A stretch of DNA of 64,000 nt, from contig NW_026853809.1 in the NCBI RefSeq assembly GCF_026571515.1, positions 124,001 through 188,000 on the forward strand, given 5' to 3'. Below are positions 15,201 to 25,700 of the stretch, one piece after another. Made by a program: the position numbers and the translations under genes. How positions within the stretch are numbered: the first letter of the stretch is position 1; each line of letters opens with the position of its first letter. The notes under the pieces were generated by a model. It was not told the origin of the DNA. It worked only from the letters and a program-made list of their open reading frames with translations, and did not search any database. Source of the DNA: Ruditapes philippinarum. Lineage: Eukaryota.

Positions 15201-17882
15201 ATATCTCTAGCCCAAAAATAAATGTTTTCATTTTAGCTAATTTATGTTGTTAATTTCTTCATTATGATTACACTCTTTTCATTTATTTCTTTAAGGATTC
15301 ATCTTAAAAGATGAATTTATTGAAATTCTCACACAATGTGGTGAGATGAAGATTGACGAAAAAGAAGCAATGTCTTGGGCTGAAATGCTAGATCTTCACA
15401 AAGATGGCAAGTTAAGAATCTCTGGTATGTATTTTGACGATATTTTATAATTGTGTTGGTGCGAGCTCATATGTTTCAAGTAAATACAGAAGTCCTTAAA
15501 TTCTGTTTCGATCAATTACTAGTGATTGTCAAATGCATTCAGTGGTACATGGCATTCTAATCACCCGAATTATATATAGCTGCGGTCTCACTTACTCCCG
15601 GCAGAGCCCAGGACCATCCCGGTAAGTTACCGGGATGATCCGGGACGATCCGGGGTGAAATTATTGTTGCGGTCACACTTAGGCCGCTATTCCATTTATA
15701 CGTGATCAGTGGTCCGCGTCCGTCATCCGCATCCGTTACCGATTCGTTAATCAAAGAATACGTTGAATCTATTCCTTTTGTCTGTTTACCATCCGCTTCC
15801 GCGACGGCATCCGCGATGTTTCGCAGGATGAGCGATTTTTTACGGACGCGGACAGTCACTGACATGTCTCATCCCTACAAAATGCCTCGAACGAAATTAA
15901 ATACTTTATCGATTTCAAAAGAAAATACTAAAGAAGTCACCAAAAAAGTGGAGGAGAACATGTAAGTTTATGATGCAGCAATGACAGGAAAAAAAACCAT
16001 CTGGTCATCGGTTGCTAAAGAGATGTTATTTGAAAACCTAACTGATATTCAATGTTTGTTACCTAATTCTTTGATGTTACAACTGTTTTTGGTATTAGAA
16101 TGAAATTATATCATATTCTACAAATAATTATCCTCTGTTCGCTATACTTCAATTAAAAGTATATAGAAAATAACGTACCTATGGAATAATACCCACGGAC
16201 ATGCCCGGACACGGATCACTGACGCGGGTCACGGATCACGTACTAATGGAATAGCGGCCTATTACCCCGGCAGCACTACGGTAGTTCCCAACTAACCACC
16301 CAGGATGCGCTCCGGATCATCCAGGCAGAGCCCAGGTGAAGCTACGGTTCATGCCGGTGCTCTACCGTAGCTCTACCGTACCTCTACCGGCTCTATCATA
16401 CCCCGGATCATCCCCGGTTTGTGCCGGCAGAGCTACTGTGCTTCCCCGGTATAACCCCGGTCGTTCCCGGCAGAGCTAAGGATGAAGCCGGCAAAGCTAT
16501 ACCTTCCCGGATCATCCCGGACCACCCCGGTGATATTAAATATTTTATTCCATCCGGGGTCGAATGCCGGATGTTCCCGGATCATCCCGGACGTTGCCGG
16601 CAGAGTTACGGATGTACTCCGGTTGTTCCCGGTCGTACCCCGGTCGTTCCCGGATCACCCCGGACGTCTACCGGGGCTCTGCCGGGGCTCTGCCGGGATG
16701 TAAGTGAGATTAAGGCTCAGAACAAGAAGGAAATTTCACCTTCTAAATTCAATAAAGCTTTTAAGTGATTATAAAGATTAAAGAAACATTTATTTAATCA
16801 AATTCACGTGACTTTAATATTTTGATGCAAACATGTTTGCCAACGATTGTAGCAGGACAAAACGATTTTAAATTACAATACAATACAATATATTGAATAT
16901 AATACTAATACCAATATCAATACCAATACCAATACAATACAATACAATACAATACCAATACCAATACCAATACCAATACAACACGACACAACACAACACA
17001 ACACAACACAATACAATGCAATACAATGTCATGCCAATAATGCCATGCCAATAATGCCATGCCTTACCGTACCGTACCGTACCGTACCGTACCGTACCGT
17101 ACCATACCATACCATACCATAGGAATTATACATACTGGTCGGAGAGATAACTCCGACGCATAGATAACCCCGACACTTGATAAATATAATTGTTATAGCT
17201 TTGTTTTTCAACAAACAAGCACATGATCACCTAATATTATAGGAACAGGACAGAATGTGATGATTTGTTATAATTTGGTAAACTTTTTAATGTTTTTCAA
17301 ATAACCTTAACTTTTTGAAGGCGAAAACTGCTTCAGAATGTTATTTTTACTAAATTATATTAAGGTAGTTAGAAATGTATTGACCACATGCCACTGACTT
17401 GGGAAAGATTTTTTTTTTTAAATATTAAAAAAAAATAGATAAACCATATAAGATGTAAAAATAAATTATTGATGCTGATTTTCCTGTCATTTTTTACTTA
17501 AAAATTTAAGTGTCGACTTTATCTACTGTTGTGGGGTACAAAGACCATGTTTTGTGTACCTCATTCAAGACCTTAAAGAAGTACCAGATTCCATTTTCAT
17601 ACATATTTTTTGTAGTGTAATGTAAAATCTTTGAACTGAACTTTGTTAAGGTGGTTTAATTTTAAATTATACTGGAAGATAATTAAAATATTGCAAAAAT
17701 ATGTGATTTAGTGTCGGAGTTATCTCTCCAACCAGTAAAGCAAACATTATTTAGGTATATTGCTACAAATTTAGTTGCGAATGCATGTTATTATCTTGAT
17801 CATTTCAGAACTAGAAGAATTATTCGTGAATGATGAAGACGCTCAGAGCATATTAAACTCCCAATCCTGGGAGTCAGTGTAA
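12217..17882 (+). CDS. Divergent calmodulin-like (4 EF-hand fold) protein, 160 aa, 5 coding exons
   Basis: Exons 12217-12238, 13992-14135, 14724-14837, 15296-15424, 17809-17882; all GT-AG, phases consistent, 483 nt. Protein: MADDIKEACTRAFASVDVNGRGYISRDQMILALRILNFNPIDSEVEDML...FTYEEFVNFV...DLREAFALFDRMNTGFILKDEF...GEMKIDEKEA...LDLHKDGKLRISELEELF...ESV*. Motifs AF..D, NP...EV..M and LREAF.LFD are calmodulin-family hallmarks. A 5'UTR exon may end at the donor at 10820/10821. Confidence 0.88.
14940..15210. repeat. Degenerate minisatellite, about 45-bp unit, in intron 3 of the EF-hand gene
   Basis: Repeated agcacatt.g.tcc.tatctctag...ttttaaagcctat units. Confidence 0.7.
15682..16259. mobile_element. 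Nested Harbinger-like element carrying a Myb/SANT-like coding relic
   Basis: TIRs GGCCGCTATTCCATT..TACGTGATC / GATCACGTA..AATGGAATAGCGGCC; flanked by TTA and TA-TTA, interrupting cacacttaccccgg of the outer element. Confidence 0.75.
15882..16055 (+). pseudogene. Myb/SANT (trihelix)-like DNA-binding domain fragment with an in-frame stop
   Basis: MPRTKLNTLSISKENTKEVTKKVEENM*VYDAAMTGKKTIWSSVAKEMLFENLTDIQC; the K..W..VA..M...T..QC pattern matches the Myb/SANT-like accessory protein of Harbinger elements. Confidence 0.55.
16876..17120. repeat. Compound pentanucleotide microsatellite (AATAC, AACAC, ATGCC, ACCGT, ACCAT)
   Basis: Successive arrays, mostly of 5-bp period, are visible directly. Confidence 0.9.
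17135..17735. mobile_element. Tc1/mariner-type MITE with TA TSD
   Basis: TA|CTGGTCGGAGAGATAACTCCGAC ... GTCGGAGTTATCTCTCCAACCAG|TA; 23-bp TIR with 1 mismatch. Confidence 0.8.
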
Positions 17883-19533
17883 ACACAATATCGAATACAA
17901 CATAAAGGAGGACAATAGAACAAAGTTCAACTTCTAATTCTGTAAAACAATGTGACACAACAGTGTAATTTATAATATAAATATTAAACAAATACAGAAT
18001 ATATTTTGTACATGTCTTTCATTATTATCTCTTTATGTATGTACATACTGTGCAACACTATTTAAAACAGTAACACACAAATACACATATATGTAAGAAA
18101 ACAACAAATTAACAAACATATCAGGAAACAGTGTAGTACAATTTTTCATATTTTCAAAGACGTACTTTAGTGGTTCGCAGGGTCATACTTCATGCATTAC
18201 ACGATTCTAAAAGCCGTCTCTTTTTTCGTCTCCATATCTATCAAAATGTACATGTCAAGACAAAGAGAAGAAGATTTACAGATTGAATTATAAGTTGATT
18301 TAATACACATTATGAACGGGTGATACTTTACACATTTGCTCACAAAAAACAACAACAACAGCATCTTTTGTCAAGCCTATTTTAAATGAGATTTTACATA
18401 TAGCAAACAAACGCGTATATGTGGATAATACGTAGACTTTTCTTAATATCTAAATGGCTCTTGTTTTCACATATCATTGGAAAACGAATGATTGGACACA
18501 ATATGATATATTAACGTTATTTTTATTTACATACAAAACAATACAACACTTAACTAAACATGAATGTATATTGAGTATAAAAATGTCAAGAAATAAATGC
18601 TTACATAATAAAATTACACAATAAAACTGCCAAAAAATCTGCTTTAATAATTATTTTTCACAATATATAAAGTAAGAATTTAATATACATGTATCTTACT
18701 AAATTTAAAACTGAGCAATTGACAGTTTTGTTATCATTTGTATTTAATTTAATTTGGAAACAAAATTTTGAAGTTTCAAATTAAGGTGACATTCTTCTGT
18801 ACTGCAACTATGGTTTGCATTAATATCAACAATTCTGTTTGCTTATGAATAAAATAACAATCAAATATTCTAATAATGCCTGATGAAGCTTAAAAATTGC
18901 ATAAGTAGAATACGGTTGTTATGTTAATAAATGCACTGAGACAGAATTTATGAATAAAACATTTATTAAGGCGGTAAACTACGTTAACAAAAACTCTTAT
19001 AAAGAAGAGTCATGTATATAAACGGGATAACAGACCGGATTATTTTTATGTAGAATGAATTGTCTCAAGGACTAATACGGCGAAGACCTTTTATTCAATT
19101 CCTTTGATTTCCGAGATGATTACTCCTCATGCGTGTTCCGAATGCAACTTGCTCATCAGCAGTTAGACTGAAACCTTAAGGGACGATGATTTGAACGTAA
19201 AACTTGATATATTTCGTAAATTCTCTTAATCTATTTAGCTTTGTTTATACATGGGTACAGATATATCATGGTATCAAATAAATAAATGACTTTATCTGGT
19301 GGCTTATGGGAGGCAACTCTTCTCAGCATGTAGGTTGTTCTGACCGCGCAGAAGTAACGTCATTAACAACTACGTCATCAAGAAAAAACAACGTGGATTC
19401 TTTTTTCTCTCTTTCGGCGAAGCAGGTGTTATGTTTGTAAGAGCTCTTACAAAAAGCTTTGACAACCATCCATCCCTTCCCTGTTTTCCAAGATCACATA
19501 AATATTATTATGTATATGTTAGTGTTCATCCGT

Positions 19534-19608
19534 GCTGTTCTACAGAAATTAGAAACTTCGACGGGAGCGATAGCGACAGGAGAATGTTTCTAATTTCTGT
19601 AGAACAGC
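19534..19608. repeat. Perfect 23-bp inverted repeat with 29-nt spacer
   Basis: GCTGTTCTACAGAAATTAGAAAC ... GTTTCTAATTTCTGTAGAACAGC, extendable with TTCATCC/GGATGAA. Confidence 0.85.
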
Positions 19609-20587
19609 TAAGGATGAATACTAACATATTTAGTGTCAAACTTTATCACTCACTTATTACGTCACTATGCCGTTCTGGATGAAGATATGAAGTACTATGA
19701 AAAATAGAAGGCGACTATGAACGTAATTCGATATAGTATTTTTGTTCTTCTATGAAAATTAACGCACAAAATTTTTAAAAAATACAGCGTTTTCATTGGA
19801 TGACAAATAAAGTTGGACACTAAGCATGTATAGATTTGAAACATTTGCTGCGCTCTGGTTTTGTTATTTTCCAGGAGGAGAAAGTTAAGTATAAAATCGA
19901 CCAAACTACCAATGTAAGAAATCGGTATGACTGACTGCGTTACTTGCCAATTTGTGATAAATAGAGCTATAACATATGAACTAAATTGCTAAATTTGGTG
20001 TCTACATTTGCATGTGTTTAAAATCTAGTAAGTGATCATAGCATGGAAAGTACCGTTTGATCTGTAGCATTTAAGCTAATAATTGTTTTTTGAAAATTTG
20101 AAATATATGTATAAGACGGACACTAGCTGATTAAAAAGGTCATAGCGGGATTTCTAGTGCTTATTTTATCAATTTGTAAAGCCTTAATATCAAGAATTAT
20201 GATCAATTATATTTGTATTTGCCATATTGCTACTTGCATTTGTTAAGTAAAAAGTGTAAAATTACATTTTAATTAACAGTCTGTCTGAGCCAAACCACAT
20301 GCCAAACTTACGAACAATATTTAAAAAAGAAATAGAATTAAGAAATTTGAAATGTTACATTTGCCAATTCCTTTATTAGGATAATAATATCTGGATAAAT
20401 TTATATTAAAAATTATGATAATTGTTCAGCTGTTTATGCAATAGTATGTGCGAGAGCATGCATATATAAATAATCTGCAGGTTTAACGCATACATCTGTT
20501 GAATTAACATTCCTACCCTGCTGTATTGAAAACTATTCGAAATTATGACATTGTATCACACGACCTTTATCAGTTAATATTCTTATT

Positions 20588-22569
20588 CACGGGGGAGGAA
20601 GTGTTACACGAAGGATGGAGTTCTTATGATAACTTGTTCAGGAGTTCTTGTGATAACTGTCACGGAGTTCGTAGGAAAACATCTGTATATACTACAAAAA
20701 CACTCGTCAAAAATGGTTATTTTCATCTTTCCAAAATGAGTTTATGGTGCTAAATTAAACTTTAATGATTAAGCTTGTCTTACATCTTGTATTATGTGTC
20801 AAAAACTAATTCACAGGCTAATTTTCATCGCCTCTTGCTTCTAATCTGGTAGTTTTGAGTAAAATTTCCAAATTACTTGCCAATTCACAAGTTTTGACCG
20901 GTTTATTTCTGGCATTCATCCTTTCCATACATAATTACCTATTTATAATGCAAAATTGCAAATATAAAGCACCGGCTTACAGATTTATACCCGATTTTTC
21001 AAATGTCCCGGAGTTCTTGTGATAACTCTGAAGATGTCACAGAGTTCTTATGATAACTTTTGTTATTGCTAGTGTGTTTCTTTGGCTAAATCACGGCACG
21101 TTTTGGCGTTTATTATCATTCAATAAGATTGTAAATCATTATGAAATGCAGTACGATCATCCTTTGCACAAAAAATGTGGATAAAACGTTGGTCTCAAGT
21201 GTCTGCAAAGGATAAATAGGTGATAGGCTATCATCTACAGTAAAATTGAACCAGCAGCCATTGATATTCAGCAGTATAATGGCTTAAACAACAAAACAAA
21301 AATGTCTCAAAACGTACACGTTGTTCTCAGTTTCACATGTTTTAAGCAACCACCTTTCTTAAGCAGACAATATATAGGCATGCCTCCCTTACCTAAAGGC
21401 TAAGTAATTTGTATCATTTTATACCATAATAAATAAGTATATAACCAGGATAATTTCCACACCTATGTCTTTAAAAAAGTACGATACATGATAAAAACTC
21501 AACTGCGGTTGACTCTAACTACCAATCTCTCGAAAAAAATTGAACTGTCCCTCCAGGTTCCAGATTTACCTAGAATGGGATTTCAGTTATTGTGCATGGG
21601 CATTCAAACTATAATTCCCCAGGTGTTGCTTGTAAGTGTCGCAAGTTCTCTAATGTAACTTAAAACAACAGACAAAACTCTGAAACATATTAATCAGTGT
21701 ACTATTATAACTGCTGTATTACATAGAAAACAAATGTTTCTCTGATTGATGCAGTAACATAGATGCTGTACTGAGAAAAAATAGACTGTATGCCTGGATG
21801 AAAATGATAAAGGGCCAGAAACCTGCTAGGGGCCGGAAACTGCAAGGAAACCAGTACATAAATCATTTTTCAAGTCTACGAAATCTAAGTCAAACAAAAA
21901 AGAATACTATGAAAAAGAAACAGGGGGAAAGAAAAAATATCTCTTGAACTAAAATTCACTCAAAACCAACGTTATATATCCTATTTTTTGCGCAAAGGAT
22001 GAGCGTACTACATGTCATAATGATTTACAATCTCAATGAATAATTAAAAACGCTAAAACGTGCCGTGATTTAGCGCAAGGAACACACTTGCAATAACAAA
22101 AGTTATCATAAGAACTCTGTGACATTTCAGAGTTATCACAAGAACTCCGGGACATTTGAAAAATCGGCTATAAATCTGTTAGCCGATGCTTTATGTTTGC
22201 AATTTTGCATTATAATTAGGTAATTATGTATGGAAAGGATGAAGACCAGAAATAAACAGGTCAATACTTGTGAATTGGCAAATAATTTGGAAATTTTACT
22301 CAAAACTACCAGATTTGAAGCAAGAGGCGATTAAAAATGGCCTGTGAATTAGTTTTTGACACATAATACAAGATGTAAGACAATCTTAATCATTAAAGTT
22401 TAATTTAGCACCTAAAACTCTTTTTAGAAAAATGAAAATAACCATTTTAACGAGTGTTTTTGTAGTATATACAGATGTTTTCCTACGAACTCCGTGACAG
22501 TTATCACAAGAACTCCTGAACAAGTTATCATAAGAACTCCATCCTTCGTGTAACACTTCCTCCCCCGTG
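20588..22569. mobile_element. Non-autonomous foldback DNA transposon with about 610-bp TIRs, CAC...GTG termini and 5-bp TSD (Transib-like signature)
   Basis: TTATT|CACGGGGGAGGAAGTGTTACACGAAGG ... CCTTCGTGTAACACTTCCTCCCCCGTG|TTATT. Arms at about 20588-21200 and 21955-22569 contain repeated GAGTTCTTRTGATAACT motifs. Confidence 0.9.
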
Positions 22570-22798
22570 TTATTTATCTGTTAAAAAAGAGCCACTTGTA
22601 AAGTAACCGATTTGCGCAATGTTCAATATTTCGCATCGCCTTATGTCGTATTCTTGACCTTTCTTATTTATCGCTTTGCAATATGATAAAAAGTATAAGT
22701 GGTACATTTTAGACACCATACTTAAGTCTACCCAGATAACCAGCGTTTGCATTGATGCACATTAAATTTGTATGCTTTAAGATGCGAGATATGAGAAA

Positions 22799-25700
22799 AT
22801 GTCAGACGAAGACTCAAGGCCTGTAGTTTATTGTTGCACGATTAAACAGTATCGCGAGGATTATCTTTTACAAAATGCTGATATAAAGTTAATAGTGCTT
22901 ACAATAATCACGCTGAATGATGGTTCATGTAAGTAATTTTGTATATAATTGTGAAAAGTATTATATTAACATACTTCTTACTAATGTACATGGTTTATGT
23001 TATATTTTACCCTGTTTGAGGACACGTGCACTGTTGCAAGATAACTAGACGTTAAGTTTATGCTCTATAAAGCTCTTTCAAAATCATTTTTATTTTGACA
23101 CTTCGAAATTTGTGAAGTTAGCAGTCTAGCAGCCTGGCAGCCTAGCAGCCTAAAGAAAACTAAGGATAGTACAAACATGAAAACCGTCGGAAATGAATCG
23201 GTAGCACATACTTAGACTATTTCACGTCTTATTCCAATATCGCGGTCCTTATTTAAACAAGAGGGCCATAATGGCCCTGAAATCGATCACCTGTATATAG
23301 GTCCCCGGGTCGGGGCCAATTTTAACCCAGCGGCTTTTATTTGAACAAACTTGTTAGATGTTTGAAGATGTTTCATGATAAATATCTAAGCTTTAGCTGT
23401 AGAAGATTTTTTAAGTTTTTACAGAAAAACAATGACCCCCTCTGGGCGGGGGCCAATTTTGTCCCCAAGGGCTTTTATTTGAACAAAATTGGTAGACACT
23501 CACTAGAAGATAGTTCATGCTTAATATCTAAACTCTAGCTCTTTGGGTTTTTTAAAAGAAGATTTTTTAAAGATTTTACTATATACATATAAGGAAAATC
23601 AATGATCCATGGGGCGGGGCCAATTTTATTCCCAAGGGCCCTTATTTGAACAATAAATGGTAGACACCCATTAGAAGATGTTTCATGCTAAATATCTTAG
23701 CTCCAGCTCCTAGGGTTTTTTAAAAGAATTTTTTTAAGTATTTACTATATACATAAAGGGCTGCTAGGCTGCTAACTGCGTCAAAATAAAAAAAACACAA
23801 AGTTCAATATTAATAGATACTGAAATAAGACGTGGAAAGGTCTAAGTATGTGCTACCGATTCATTTCCGACGGTTTTCATATTTGTATTATCCTTAGTTT
23901 TCTTTAGGCTATTAGGCTGCTAGGCTGCCAACTTCAGGCTGCTACGCTGCTACGCTGCCAACTTCACGAACATCATTGATCCATATATCAAGTTTCATAA
24001 AAATATTGTCAGTACTATGTGCATTTATTACGGGATCTATTATTTGATCTATTTTTGCGAACGGATAGACTGACTGGCGGATAGACTGAAAGGAGGGAAA
24101 ACCTAAAGTTCCCTTCAACTTAACCGGCAAGGGGACTAACAAAGTGATTCTAAAATGAAAGTCACATAATGAAAAGGAGAAGAAAGGGTTACTTTTTATT
24201 TCATTTCGTAGGGAAAGTGCTCGAACTTGAAGACAAGGTGTACGCTAGCCAGATAAAAGTTATGTTTACAGACCTGTCTGTATTAGCCAGATATAGGGAA
24301 AACTTGGTCAACCTGAGATGGGCACATACTGCTGCAAATGGTAAGTTGATAACGAAAAGAGTGTTTGACGATGATGTATTTGTCGAGCCAGCCAACGTTA
24401 AATTACACCTTCTTCGACGAAGTTGTCTAAAGTCAATCAGTTTGTACTTTATTTTATACTGTATACAGATCAAACATATATTTAGTTTGTACCTAATTTT
24501 GGCAAATAAAGCTCCAAATCAAACGAAATGTAAAAAATATCTTCTAACCAACCCTGAGGAAATGTTCATTACAGTAATTTTATTGTTAACACATGATTTG
24601 TATTAACTAAAATAACGGTTTTGTTGGTACAATTGCAGGCGTCGATGTCTTTATGAAAGCACTTCGAAAAGATGAGGTAGACATTATTCAATTATAATTT
24701 TGATAATATAGTCACGTTACTAAAATTTATACATGTTTAAAACATGATATACAGTGTAATGTTTCATATTAAACCAACTAGCATATTTAACTGATGTACA
24801 CTTTAAGTGTTTGTTAGCAATATCTGGCGACGTTTTTACGTTTTTTAGTATTTTACGTTTTTTGGTAATTCAAGATGAAATAATTAATAAACTATTGCCG
24901 ATCAATATACTGCATAGTTTAATAAGCCATTTTGGCTGATTTACGTTATCTATATATTTGTATTAGCCTTTCCCAAACTTCAAACTAACAAAGACTCCTG
25001 GAGCCCTGAATGCATCTCAAATAACAGAATATGTTATAGGCCATATTATAGCTTATGAGAGGAAACTATTTGAAGCAAAGGAAGCACAAGACAAGAACAA
25101 ATGGAACAGGTATTTCAAAATAATTATGCCATTTTATGTTATTTAACTATATGAGCCGCGTCACGACAAAACCAACATAATGGGTTTGCGACCAGCATGG
25201 ATCCAGACCAGCCTGCGCATCCGCGGAGTCTGATCAGGATCCATGCTGTTCGCTTATAAACCCTATTACAAGCTATAGAGAAACTGATAGCGAACAGCAA
25301 GGATCCTAATCAGACTGGTCTGGATCCATGCTGGTCGCAAACCCATTATGTTGGTTTTGTCATGACACTGCTCATTTGTTAATGAGATGTTGAAATTTTA
25401 TTTAAACAAGCTGTCTGTACCATTTACAAAATTTATCAGTGATTATTATTTCTCATCAGATTATAAAACAATATGAGTACATCAATAGTAGGAGTTTATT
25501 AACTTCTCATGAAACAAATTTGAGAATACGAGTATGTATTTGATAAGGTACTTATCAAAAACCTGTCACTAAGTATGGTAGACTTATTAACTCACTTTAA
25601 ATCCGATAATGTGTATGTATGTGTACATTTTCATATTTTAGTCTTAGACCTTCTTTTTCGTTAAATTAGAATACCTAAATTTGAACATTTCTGAATGTCT

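Larger units (their letters stand above)
15579..16716. mobile_element. GC-rich non-autonomous TIR element (PIF/Harbinger-like), outer element
   Basis: Imperfect TIRs GC......TCTCACTTAC(A)TCCCGGCAGAGCCC at both ends; interior rich in CCCGG subterminal repeats; TSD not resolved. Confidence 0.65.

Noticed and set aside
16421-17214. Several GC-rich or repetitive ORFs
   Set aside because: They are translations of transposon subterminal repeats and microsatellites.
18879-18925. CTGATGA-AGCTTA...TAAGT-AGAATAC hammerhead-ribozyme-like motif
   Set aside because: The GAAA core is broken and no stem I/III or cleavage triplet could be built.
19875-19913. 39-nt exon-like segment (ttccag|GAGGAG...AAT|gtaaga)
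   Set aside because: Good splice signals but no linkable ORF or homology; it could be a 5'UTR exon of copy 1, which needs RNA data.
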